DNA from: Bdellovibrionota bacterium
GTDB lineage: Bacteria; Bdellovibrionota; UBA1018; UBA923
Direction: 5' to 3'
Assembly: GCA_040754655.1 (NCBI GenBank)
Contig: JBFMCE010000002.1
Coordinates: 1 to 64,000, forward strand
Length of the DNA: 64,000 nt
The translations under genes were made by a program, and so were the position numbers. A model generated the notes under the pieces. The model was given only the letters and a program-made list of their open reading frames with translations. It was not told the DNA's origin and did not search any database. Shown in pieces: positions 49,102-58,222 of this stretch (the stretch's first letter is position 1; each line of letters starts with the position of its first letter).

Positions 49102-49893
49102 ATGCCTATTAGAAGTAAGAAAAAAGAACTTTGGGTCGTGAAGTCTGGGAGCAATTTGATTTGCACCGGCGGTCCCCTGCTCATTCGCGCATGGATGCAG
49201 CAAGTCGCTGAACTCAAAAAGCGCAAGCGGATTTCAATCGTGTGGGTCACTTCAGGCGCCATCGCCTCGGCCATTGAACGCACCGGCCGCAGGAAAAAAA
49301 AGAAGCTCTCAGAGAAACAAGCTTTAAGCGCTATTGGCCAACCGATTGTGATGGAGTTGTATGATTTGGCCCTGCGGGCCAATGGATTACTGGGTGCGCA
49401 AATTTTGCTGACTTATGACGACCTGGCAAACGAGAAGCGACGCCAGAACTTCAAGAATACCGTATTTCAGCTGCTCGATTGGGGCATCATCCCTGTCTTG
49501 AATGAGAACGATGCTATTTCAACCGAAGAAATTCAGTTTGGAGACAACGATTCGCTCTCTGCTCGCGTGGCCGCAACGCTTCGAGCTGACCGCCTCGTCA
49601 TCTTAACTGATGTCGAAGGCCTCTACGAATCGGATCCCGCGAAAAACCCGAAGGCCAGGCTCATCGAATCGCTTCCAAGCGTAACTCAAGAGGTCTTGAG
49701 AAAAGCCTCACCGAGCTCGCACTCAGGCCGAGGCCGAGGAGGAATGTTCTCCAAGGTGAAAGCCGCGCAATTTGCGAGCCGAAATGGAGTCACGAGCTGG
49801 ATCGTGCGCGGAGACAAGAACGCGGCTCTTTTACGAATAGCGGAAGATGCCGCTATCGGAACGAAGATCAGCCGGCAAAGGGCCAAGCGATGA
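49102..49893 (+). CDS. proB: Glutamate 5-kinase (no PUA domain)
   Basis: VVKSGS, VTSGAI, NEND, FGDNDSL, GGMFSK. Confidence 0.95.
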   Translation: MPIRSKKKELWVVKSGSNLICTGGPLLIRAWMQQVAELKKRKRISIVWVTSGAIASAIERTGRRKKKKLSEKQALSAIGQPIVMELYDLALRANGLLGAQILLTYDDLANEKRRQNFKNTVFQLLDWGIIPVLNENDAISTEEIQFGDNDSLSARVAATLRADRLVILTDVEGLYESDPAKNPKARLIESLPSVTQEVLRKASPSSHSGRGRGGMFSKVKAAQFASRNGVTSWIVRGDKNAALLRIAEDAAIGTKISRQRAKR

Positions 49894-51173
49894 CACGGCG
49901 GGATTCAGCCAGCGTTTCGACGGACGAAACGGAAACACGTTTGATTGAGCTGAGAGAAGCTTGGCGCAGCCTCAACAAAGCCGAGACGTCGCGCAAAAAC
50001 TTAGCGCTTCAAACCGTGGCAACGCAAATCGCGCAAAATAGAAGTAAACTGCTTGCCGCGAACCAGGCAGACTTAGAGGCCTTGCCCAAACAAACGACAT
50101 CTGCATTTCGAGATCGCCTTGAACTCAATGAGGAACGCCTCAAGAATCTCATTGAAGGCCTTGAACAAGTAAGCGCGCTTGAAGATCCCCTAGGGGAGGC
50201 GGTAGAAGAGAAGCGGCTCGGCAACGGGCTTGAACTCAGACGCGTACGGGCGGCACTCGGAGTTCTATTCTTGATTTTCGAATCCAGGCCCAATGTCGCC
50301 ATCGAGTCGTTCGCTCTCGCCTTCAAATCAGGCAACGGCCTGATCCTGCGGGGCGGTTCCGAATCGATGCGCACGGTCGGCGTGCTCTATTCTGCAATTA
50401 AAACTGCTTTGGAAGAAACGGGTTTTGACCCAAACGTCGTTTGGGGAATCACCGATGCTGACCGAGGCATCATCTCGACGCTTTTAAAATCTCAGAAGTG
50501 GATTGACGTGGTCATTCCGCGAGGGGGCGAAGGCCTGATCAAATTCGTGCAAGAAAACTCGGCTATTCCCATTTTAAAAAATGACCGAGGCCTGTGCCAC
50601 ACCTATGTTCATGAGGACGCTGACCTTGAAATGGCCCTCAATATCGTTGAAAACGCCAAGGTCCACCGCCCCGGGGTTTGCAATTCCTTAGAAACCGTAC
50701 TCGTTCATCAAAAGATCGCAGCCGGTTTCTTGCCTCAACTCGCTCTGCGTTTGGAAAAACACCATGTTCAATGGTTTGGATGCTCGCGCACCTGTTCAGT
50801 CTTGAAGGGAAGGAAAGATCTTTCACTCGCTCAAGAGCAAAACTGGGATACCGAATACCTTGATTATAAAATAAACTGCCGCATCGTGAATGATCTCGAA
50901 GAGGCCTTGGCTCATATTGAGAAACATGGTTCGAGGCATTCCGAGGCGATTGTTACAGCGTCACATGCCGCTGCCGCTAGGTTTCAGGCAGAAGTCGATG
51001 CCGCGGTGGTGTATTGGAATGCTTCAACCCGTTTCACCGACGGCTTTGAATTCGGGCTCGGCGGGGAAATAGGGATCAGCACTCAGAAACTTCATGTCCG
51101 CGGCCCTATCGGCTTGCGAGAACTCACGAGCAGCCGCTGGATCATCAAGGGGACCGGACAGATCCGCTCTTAA
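49890..51173 (+). CDS. proA: Gamma-glutamyl phosphate reductase
   Basis: ESRPNV, IPRGG, CNSLET, NASTRFTDG, STQKLHVRGP. Confidence 0.96.
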   Translation: MTRRDSASVSTDETETRLIELREAWRSLNKAETSRKNLALQTVATQIAQNRSKLLAANQADLEALPKQTTSAFRDRLELNEERLKNLIEGLEQVSALEDPLGEAVEEKRLGNGLELRRVRAALGVLFLIFESRPNVAIESFALAFKSGNGLILRGGSESMRTVGVLYSAIKTALEETGFDPNVVWGITDADRGIISTLLKSQKWIDVVIPRGGEGLIKFVQENSAIPILKNDRGLCHTYVHEDADLEMALNIVENAKVHRPGVCNSLETVLVHQKIAAGFLPQLALRLEKHHVQWFGCSRTCSVLKGRKDLSLAQEQNWDTEYLDYKINCRIVNDLEEALAHIEKHGSRHSEAIVTASHAAAARFQAEVDAAVVYWNASTRFTDGFEFGLGGEIGISTQKLHVRGPIGLRELTSSRWIIKGTGQIRS

Positions 51174-51190
51174 GCAGCGAGGAGATAAGG

Positions 51191-52003
51191 ATGAATTCTA
51201 CTATTGGAATCCTAGGCGTAGGGAAAATGGGCGAAGCCCTTGCGGCTGGGCTTATTGCTGCAAAGAAAGGCTATAAAATCATTGGCACCACGCGCTCTCA
51301 AGCGACGGCAGCCGAGATCAAAAAGCGCCTTGGCATTGAATGCACCACCGACAATCGAGATCTCGTGAAAAAGGCGAAGGTCCTTATTCTCTGCGTGAAG
51401 CCCAATGATGCACGCCCTGTACTTGAATCGTTGGCGCCTCAACTGACCAAAGACCATCTGATCATCTCGACATGCGCCTCGATCCAAACCGAGGCGCTTT
51501 CAAAGTGGGCCAGGCAAAAAACGCCGGTCATTCGAGCCATGCCAAACACCCCCTGCCTTATTCGAGAAGGCATGACGATTCTTGTCGCGGGCGCCTCGGC
51601 GAAAGCCTCGCACCTTGAGCATGCCGAAAAGATTTTCAACACCATCGGACGAACCACCGTGATCGATGAAACGTTGATGGATGGGGCAACAGGGCTCAGC
51701 GGATGCGGACCCGCCTATGTTTACCTGATCATCGAGGCTTTGAGTGAAGCCGGGGTGAAAGTAGGATTGTCTCGTGATCTTGCCACGCAACTCGCCGCCC
51801 AAACTCTGATGGGCGCGGCAAAAATGGTCTTAGAGCGCGGAGTGCATCCTGCTGCATTGAAAGACGAAGTGACCACGCCAGCAGGGTGCACGATCGATGG
51901 CCTAATGGCGCTGGAAGAGGGAAAAATTCGAGTCACCCTGATCAAAGCCGTTCTTGCGGCGACGAAACGAAGCGAAAAATTGAGGAAGAACGCGCGGAAG
52001 TAG
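51191..52003 (+). CDS. proC: Pyrroline-5-carboxylate reductase
   Basis: GVGKMG, RAMPNTP, SGCGPAY, VTTPAGCT. Confidence 0.96.
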   Translation: MNSTIGILGVGKMGEALAAGLIAAKKGYKIIGTTRSQATAAEIKKRLGIECTTDNRDLVKKAKVLILCVKPNDARPVLESLAPQLTKDHLIISTCASIQTEALSKWARQKTPVIRAMPNTPCLIREGMTILVAGASAKASHLEHAEKIFNTIGRTTVIDETLMDGATGLSGCGPAYVYLIIEALSEAGVKVGLSRDLATQLAAQTLMGAAKMVLERGVHPAALKDEVTTPAGCTIDGLMALEEGKIRVTLIKAVLAATKRSEKLRKNARK

Positions 52004-52053
52004 CTCAGCCGGTTATAAGAATCGCCCTCCCCTTCCGATAAGAAAGAGAAGGG

Positions 52054-53268
52054 GTGCGCTTCGTGCCGACCATGTTTTGGGGTTTAAGAAAATTAAGACT
52101 GGAACTTGCTCTTGCGACCGTCGTCGCATGCGGCATTTTGTGCCCACTGGCTTGGTCATCGAAAGTCGATCCCCCCTTATGCATGACATCCGCACTCCAT
52201 TCAACCCGCAAATCTTTGCTCAGTGATGCCATCGGCAAGCTAGCCAGGCTTAAGATGAAAGAAGAGCGCACACGCATTCGCGCAGAGCTTGAGCGATCGA
52301 AGTTCGAGCGAGCGATGCAGCAGCCTGATCGGAAAGATATCGCAAGGCTACTTGAACCCCTGAGTGAAGCGCAAAAAGCGGAAACAGCCGCGGCAAAAGA
52401 GTTTGACGACACGGTGAATGAGATCGCTCACCTTGCCGACGTGCTCTTGAAAGACATGCAAAGCTCGCAAGAAGCAGGAATGATCACGGTCTTCATCAGA
52501 AAAAATCTCGAGGACGGAAACCCCGTTCCCGTGACCGGCCGATACATCGGCCTGAGCGATTCCAAACCTCGGCGTTGCCGGATGGAAGTGCAAAAGGAAG
52601 ACGGAACCCCTAAAGCAATTTCTTTTCACCCTTCCCTTCTCTCGCTTGAAGCGGCGCACTTCACCGGCGAGCGATATCCAGAGCTTGCATTGCCTGATCC
52701 TAGCGGCGCTACCCAGCTGCCTGACGTTGTCGCGGAAAAAGCACGGGCCGCTCGCGAGCAAAAGCAGCGCAATGAGCCAAGGGCAAAACACTTCATTGTG
52801 GATGATGAAGCGGCCGAACCGGATGCTGAGCACACCAAGGTCAATCGCCCCTCTGTGCTGATTGCAGAGCCGCCAAAGCCCGCCGCTCCGATTCGCAATG
52901 AACAAGATTTCAAGAAGGCCTCTAGAAGCGCCGCTACCGTCGCAGAGAGGCCTAATCCGCAGGCCGAAATTCCTAAACGCCTCGACACAATGGTCATGCG
53001 AGTAAGACAACGACCACCTCGGCCCGCAGCGCTTTCACAAAAATCGGTTGAGGACCTCTTTGCGAAAGCACGAGCTCAAAACAAGGATGGAAAAGGATTG
53101 CATGCTTTTCAACTGAAAACAGGCGAAAAAATTGTGGCAGAGACCTTGGTACGCGAAGGCCATGTCTTGATTCTTTTAAAGAACGTCGCGAGAAGTCCAC
53201 AAATTCCTTCGATCCGAAGGATCGATTTCCAGGAAATTGACTTCTCAAAACCTATTTTATTTGAATGA
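52054..53268 (+). CDS. Hypothetical exported protein
   Basis: 404-aa ORF with N-terminal hydrophobic segment and coiled-coil; start uncertain. Confidence 0.55.
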   Translation: MRFVPTMFWGLRKLRLELALATVVACGILCPLAWSSKVDPPLCMTSALHSTRKSLLSDAIGKLARLKMKEERTRIRAELERSKFERAMQQPDRKDIARLLEPLSEAQKAETAAAKEFDDTVNEIAHLADVLLKDMQSSQEAGMITVFIRKNLEDGNPVPVTGRYIGLSDSKPRRCRMEVQKEDGTPKAISFHPSLLSLEAAHFTGERYPELALPDPSGATQLPDVVAEKARAAREQKQRNEPRAKHFIVDDEAAEPDAEHTKVNRPSVLIAEPPKPAAPIRNEQDFKKASRSAATVAERPNPQAEIPKRLDTMVMRVRQRPPRPAALSQKSVEDLFAKARAQNKDGKGLHAFQLKTGEKIVAETLVREGHVLILLKNVARSPQIPSIRRIDFQEIDFSKPILFE

Positions 53269-53274
53269 CCTCTC

Positions 53275-54969
53275 TTATTGCGCTGCTTGGGAACAAACGC
53301 TCGGATCAAGCTTTTGTCCAATTTCATAAATCCTGAAATTGGCATTTTGAAATGCCAATCCATAACGGCATCGAAAATAGGCCTCATCGGCCCGAAATTC
53401 GCGCAATTCAGAGGGGCCGATCGCGACATACTTGATTTGGTGCAAGCTTAAGAGTCGTTCGGTATCAGGCGCGCCGCGGAATATACTTTCAATCTCACGG
53501 GCGCGTTGCTGATAATCAAACCCGTAGTTGTTCACCCAACCCGGGTACCCCATCAAGACCGGACGCACTGCCCACATCATGATGGGATGGTTGTGAATGG
53601 TCGCGGTAAGAAAAACGTCCGTTGGCCGGGTCTTCTCGCGGATCTCTTTCGACAAACGGATATCAGCGTCGTCACTCAAACGAAATGTATGGCGTTCGAC
53701 CCGGGCGAGCCTGTACACTTCAAGAACTCCGGTGAGCGTCAGGCACAAAAGAACGATCACTGAACTCGATTTCAAACCCCAATGCGGGTGACTGAACCCG
53801 CGCGCAAGCATCGAGGCCGCCACGACTGAGAAACCAAAGTAAGACCAGAAGAAGAGTTTTGAGTTGTCCCAATCGGTGGGTTGAAAAAGAATAATATTCG
53901 CGAGCGCAAAGGTAAGGAACAAACCCAGAATCAAGAGCCTCGAATGCCGAGAAGGTTGGTTTTTGAAATAGAAAACCAGCCCTACGAGCGCTACCGGCGC
54001 CATCAAACCCCAGATCCTCAACCACATCGCCATCCAGTCCAAAAAACCGCCTTTGACGGTCCATCCCCAGAAAATCTTCATGAAATTTGAATTGGCGATC
54101 CCGCCTGAGATGAACTTCAAATAAAGCATGAGCGCCAGCGCGCCAGCGGGTACTGCGCACCACAACCATGCTCTCCAGAAACGCAAGTTCCCTAGACATG
54201 CCAAAACGAGGCCCGGTGCGATTGCGATCAGGCTGTGCACATGAATCACGGGCAATGCACCCAATAAAATCGCGGAAGACAGGAAACGCCTCTTGGCTGA
54301 CCGAGGCCGAGCCTTAAGCAAATCAAAGCCCCTTAAAAACAAAAACAGAGCCCAACTTGAGACCGTCATTCCAAGCAAGCCCGCGCGTTGAGGCACGAGG
54401 ATAGCGACCAAGACATTGCCAGCCAACCACGAATAACCCTCGATGCGCGTGTAATCTTTCGGGGGATAGGCGATCAAATCCCAACTGAAACTCTGTGATG
54501 CATGCCTGACAAAATCAAAAAAACCCAGCCCAGACGAGAGAAGAAAGATCGAAATCGCAAGAAAGGCCTGCCAGCCCGAATTCAAAAGCCTTCGGCACAA
54601 GAAATAGAATCCGCACAAACATCCGATCGCGTAAAGGATCGAACTCAACTTCATCGCGCTGGGCAAATCAAGGCCCAACCGCATCAACAGCCCCGGAATC
54701 AGGTTCGTGACGAAGGGATAGGTGAATTTCCCCCCTGCATACATCGGATGGTAGGCGAACCACTGACTGGGCTCTTTGAGAGCAAAGATATTCGCCATGC
54801 CAATGTGAAGCGCCCAATCTGACCAGACGTTTTCATGGCCCACGTACAACCCATCGTCCTTAAACCCAATGATCCGTGCAAAAAGCAAAACAAGATACGC
54901 TCCCCAACTGCAGAGTAAGAGGAAAAGCGGCGCATGTTCTTGCTTGAGGATTCGTTTTAAGCTGAACAT
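53275..54969 (-). CDS. Multi-pass membrane protein, GT-C glycosyltransferase-like
   Basis: WSDWALH loop after TM1, YPF, PQRA, HVHS, WDNSK; many TM segments. Confidence 0.65.
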   Translation of the reverse strand: MFSLKRILKQEHAPLFLLLCSWGAYLVLLFARIIGFKDDGLYVGHENVWSDWALHIGMANIFALKEPSQWFAYHPMYAGGKFTYPFVTNLIPGLLMRLGLDLPSAMKLSSILYAIGCLCGFYFLCRRLLNSGWQAFLAISIFLLSSGLGFFDFVRHASQSFSWDLIAYPPKDYTRIEGYSWLAGNVLVAILVPQRAGLLGMTVSSWALFLFLRGFDLLKARPRSAKRRFLSSAILLGALPVIHVHSLIAIAPGLVLACLGNLRFWRAWLWCAVPAGALALMLYLKFISGGIANSNFMKIFWGWTVKGGFLDWMAMWLRIWGLMAPVALVGLVFYFKNQPSRHSRLLILGLFLTFALANIILFQPTDWDNSKLFFWSYFGFSVVAASMLARGFSHPHWGLKSSSVIVLLCLTLTGVLEVYRLARVERHTFRLSDDADIRLSKEIREKTRPTDVFLTATIHNHPIMMWAVRPVLMGYPGWVNNYGFDYQQRAREIESIFRGAPDTERLLSLHQIKYVAIGPSELREFRADEAYFRCRYGLAFQNANFRIYEIGQKLDPSVCSQAAQ

Positions 54970-54979
54970 AATAGGTTAC

Positions 54980-56257
54980 GTGTTCAAGTCTAACATAAGC
55001 TCTAAAGATTGGATGTGGTTCTATCTTATCCTCACTCTCGCGCTAGGGTTGAAACTCTTTCGACTGGGCGAGCCTAAAGCCTATGTCTTCGATGAGGTTT
55101 ATCACGGATTCACTGCGCAAGAGCTCGTGAAAGGCAACGTGTCGACCTATGACCCTTGGGCTAAACCTCCGGAAGGGATGGCCTATGAATGGACGCATCC
55201 TCCTCTCGGCAAAATCTTGATGTCTGCTGCGATAAAGCTTACCGGTGATGGTTTTTTTGGGATGCGACTCAGCTCGGCGATCTTCGGGACCCTCGTCATC
55301 GCGCTCACTTTTTTGATCGGGATAGAACTCCTGGGCTCAACCAGAGCGGCCCTCATCTCAATTTTTCTCTTGAGCATCGAAGGACTTGCCTTCGTGCAAT
55401 CAAGGGTCGCGATGATTGACTCGCATTTTCTCGCGTTTGGCTTGCTTGGTTTGCTCTTCTACATCAAATGGAGAAAAGACAGGGAGAGGAAACTCTTCTT
55501 ATCTTTGGCAGCGCTAGCCTTAGGCCTAGCGCTAGCCACCAAATGGAGCGCCATTTACCTCTTCGGCCTGCTCGGAGCCGACATTGTCTTGTTATGGTTC
55601 AATGCGCCGAGACGCCCCAAAGTTCGCACCGTTCTAAGCTGGTGGCTGGTTTTGTTCGGCATCCCGCCAATCATTTACCTGATTTCCTATTCACAATTTT
55701 TTTCATTTGGGTACAACTGGGCTCAGTTCGTTGAACTGCAACGGCAAATGTGGTGGTACCACACGAACCTCGACAAGACCCACAGTTACCAATCGGTGCC
55801 ATGGCAATGGGTTTTGAACCTCAGACCCGTTTGGATGTACGTCAATCGCCCCAGCGAAAGCCAGACCGCCAATATTTATAACCTCGGGAATCCCGTCATT
55901 TTTTATTTTGGTCTCTATGCCATTTATCGATTGGCCAAGGATTTCAGGGCAACATGGAAATGGGAATACGGATTCATGCTGGGTGCGTATTTCATCTTAT
56001 GGTTGCCTTGGGTGTTCTCGCCTCGAATCATGTTTTTGTACCACTATTTGCCTGCGGTGCCTTGGTTGTGTTTGGCGTCGGGCTGGGTACTTGAAAAATG
56101 GAGCCTTGATGCCGAGCTTTCTCGAAGGAAAAAATTTCGCGTGACGATCGGGCTGGCGGCGCTATGGTTCGCAGTTTTTTATCCGCATTTGACCGCCCTA
56201 CCTGTTCCGGTAAAGTTCGCGGATTCGGTCTATTTTTTTCTTTCAAGCTGGAGATAG
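54980..56257 (+). CDS. Protein O-mannosyltransferase-like (PMT, GT39) glycosyltransferase
   Basis: VFDEVYH, HPPLGK, SRVAMID, ATKWS, HSYQSVPWQW, FLYHYLP; start GTG 54980 or ATG 55013. Confidence 0.85.
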   Translation: MFKSNISSKDWMWFYLILTLALGLKLFRLGEPKAYVFDEVYHGFTAQELVKGNVSTYDPWAKPPEGMAYEWTHPPLGKILMSAAIKLTGDGFFGMRLSSAIFGTLVIALTFLIGIELLGSTRAALISIFLLSIEGLAFVQSRVAMIDSHFLAFGLLGLLFYIKWRKDRERKLFLSLAALALGLALATKWSAIYLFGLLGADIVLLWFNAPRRPKVRTVLSWWLVLFGIPPIIYLISYSQFFSFGYNWAQFVELQRQMWWYHTNLDKTHSYQSVPWQWVLNLRPVWMYVNRPSESQTANIYNLGNPVIFYFGLYAIYRLAKDFRATWKWEYGFMLGAYFILWLPWVFSPRIMFLYHYLPAVPWLCLASGWVLEKWSLDAELSRRKKFRVTIGLAALWFAVFYPHLTALPVPVKFADSVYFFLSSWR

Positions 56258-56656
56258 CTGCTGTTGTCCGAAGCCCTGTTGTTTTGAGCGTATTTGGTAT
56301 TTACGAACCACTTCCAGCAAGGGATCCAGTCCGATGGGTTTCTTTATGAAATCATCGGCTCCAGCGTTACGAGTGGCTTCGATATTGTTCCGGGTGGCAG
56401 AAAAGACAACGACCGGAACGCCCGCAAGAATCGAATGGTCTTTTCGCGCTGCCAAGAACTCCCAACCGTCCATGATGGGCATGGTGAGATCGAGTAAAAT
56501 CATGAACGGGTATGGACCCTCGATCGCGAGCTCAAGGCCTTCTTTTCCGTTAGCCGCAGCTAATACAGAATATCCTTCAAGCTCAAGAATTTCTTGTAAA
56601 GAAGACCTAATGTCTTGTTCATCTTCTATGATCAGAATTCTGTCATTATCCGCCAT
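56243..56656 (-). CDS. Single-domain response regulator
   Basis: IIEDE, LLDLTMPIMDG, KKP. Confidence 0.92.
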   Translation of the reverse strand: MADNDRILIIEDEQDIRSSLQEILELEGYSVLAAANGKEGLELAIEGPYPFMILLDLTMPIMDGWEFLAARKDHSILAGVPVVVFSATRNNIEATRNAGADDFIKKPIGLDPLLEVVRKYQIRSKQQGFGQQQLSPA

Positions 56657-56806
56657 GCTTATGACCTCCGGTTTGGGCCCAAGATTCATAGAGACTTAGC
56701 TGAATTCTTTTCCGATTTCTAGACACATCGCGAAATATGATGAGACCGCTTATACTCAATCACTGCGGGCTCGCGAAATAAGGGCTCTGGCGTATAATCA
56801 TTAGAA

Positions 56807-57145
56807 ATGAAACTTTTATCCACATTCATGGCCTCCGGACTGTTTTTGTCACAATTGTTGTTTGCTCAAACCCCTGCCGAACTTGCTGAAACGGTAAAAC
56901 AGCTAAAGAAAGACGTGGCCGAGCTTCGGCAAGAAGTACAAGCCTTGAAAGCCCAACGAATGAGTCCCGCCGCCGGCTTGAAGACTGAAGATTTGAACCA
57001 TCGAACGTTTGACGGCGCGCAAAACCGACAAGGCTTCGGTCAAGGTCAGATGAGTTCGGAACAGCGAGAAGAGATGATGAAGAAAATGGAATCGCTCAAA
57101 AAGCTCTTGGACGAACGCGACGAAGCGCTGAAATCGATCGAGTAA
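56807..57145 (+). CDS. Small secreted coiled-coil protein
   Basis: Signal peptide, heptad repeats. Confidence 0.65.
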   Translation: MKLLSTFMASGLFLSQLLFAQTPAELAETVKQLKKDVAELRQEVQALKAQRMSPAAGLKTEDLNHRTFDGAQNRQGFGQGQMSSEQREEMMKKMESLKKLLDERDEALKSIE

Positions 57146-57149
57146 TTTC

Positions 57150-57836
57150 GTGTTGAACCTCATTTTCTCATTGGTTTTCATTTTATCGGCGATCCATGGC
57201 GACTCGAATGCAAAGCCCAAAAGCATCGCCGAATCATTTCCCCCGGGTTCGGGTTCGAAATTCCTGCTTTCGATGGCAGATGGAACCTCGGCCAACCTTA
57301 TCATTTCAATCGCCTCGTCTTCGTCATCACGCGTCGCCGTTGAATATTATTTCTCGTCAACCGATGCCCCGATAGAACTCTGGCAGCAATTCATCATCGA
57401 GGGGGCTGGGACGGCGCGCCTCCGAGTGGCCGAAGGGTATATTTACGCCAAAGAACTGAAGCACCCTGAACGCATTCCCAAAGATCACCTGACGGGAATC
57501 GACGAGACTGAGATCAATGAATTCTTATTCAGCACATCGATTCAATCGGCTGAGTTTAGAGTCGGCGAAGACGTCGTGCAAGTGCCCGCGGGGCAAGTCA
57601 GCGCGAAGAGATTCAAGAAACAGAGAGAGGGAGCGACCCTCGAGTATTGGATCAGTGAGCAGGCAAGCCCGCTTGGCCTGGTGAAGCTCGTTTCAAAAGG
57701 GCCGAAGCCGGAACAGAATTATACGATTGTGCTTGGCTCGCTGGTAAAAAACGTAAAACCCAAGATCGATCCCTCTGCGGCCGAACCCCTCTCTGCAACT
57801 GGAAGAGGATTCCTTGCTCCTTTGAAAAAGCGTTAA
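57150..57836 (+). CDS. Secreted hypothetical protein
   Basis: Signal peptide; VQVPAG..A...YWIS...PLGLVK beta motif. Confidence 0.6.
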   Translation: MLNLIFSLVFILSAIHGDSNAKPKSIAESFPPGSGSKFLLSMADGTSANLIISIASSSSSRVAVEYYFSSTDAPIELWQQFIIEGAGTARLRVAEGYIYAKELKHPERIPKDHLTGIDETEINEFLFSTSIQSAEFRVGEDVVQVPAGQVSAKRFKKQREGATLEYWISEQASPLGLVKLVSKGPKPEQNYTIVLGSLVKNVKPKIDPSAAEPLSATGRGFLAPLKKR

Positions 57837-57864
57837 TTCTTCGTGAAGACATCGTGAAGCCGCC

Positions 57865-57880
57865 GGGCATGTCAATTGCT
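57865..57880 (+). promoter_or_regulatory. Sigma54-type promoter for DUF1328 gene
   Basis: GGGCAT-GTCAA-TTGCT. Confidence 0.6.
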
Positions 57881-57905
57881 TGGTTCAAACGAGAAGGGGG
57901 TATAT

Positions 57906-58088
57906 ATGCTTCGAGCGGCTATATTCTTTTTTATACTAGGATTGGTTGCGATGTTTCTCGGCATCAACAACATCGCAGGAGTTTCAATTGAACTCGGAAA
58001 GCTTCTCCTATTCGTATTCTTGGGACTCGCGGTGGTATCCATTGTCGTCTCTTTGGTCACAGGAAGAAGAAGCGGTCCACCGGTTTAA
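57906..58088 (+). CDS. DUF1328 (YtjA-like) small membrane protein
   Basis: MLRAAIFFFILGLVAMFLG..IAG....GKLLLFVFL. Confidence 0.85.
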   Translation: MLRAAIFFFILGLVAMFLGINNIAGVSIELGKLLLFVFLGLAVVSIVVSLVTGRRSGPPV

Positions 58089-58094
58089 GATGGA

Positions 58095-58148
58095 CGCGCC
58101 TCAAAAATCCCCACCGATCGCCCTCGCGTCCGGGGTTTTTGAGGCGCG
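58095..58148 (+). terminator. Hairpin after DUF1328 gene
   Basis: CGCGCCTCAAAAA...TTTTTGAGGCGCG 13-bp perfect arms, extendable by CCCC/GGGG. Confidence 0.55.
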
Positions 58149-58222
58149 AAATCCAGTCCTTCACATTTTTACAACGCCCTAAACTCGTTGACAAAAATGG
58201 ATGCGGTTCTAAACCCTAATTC

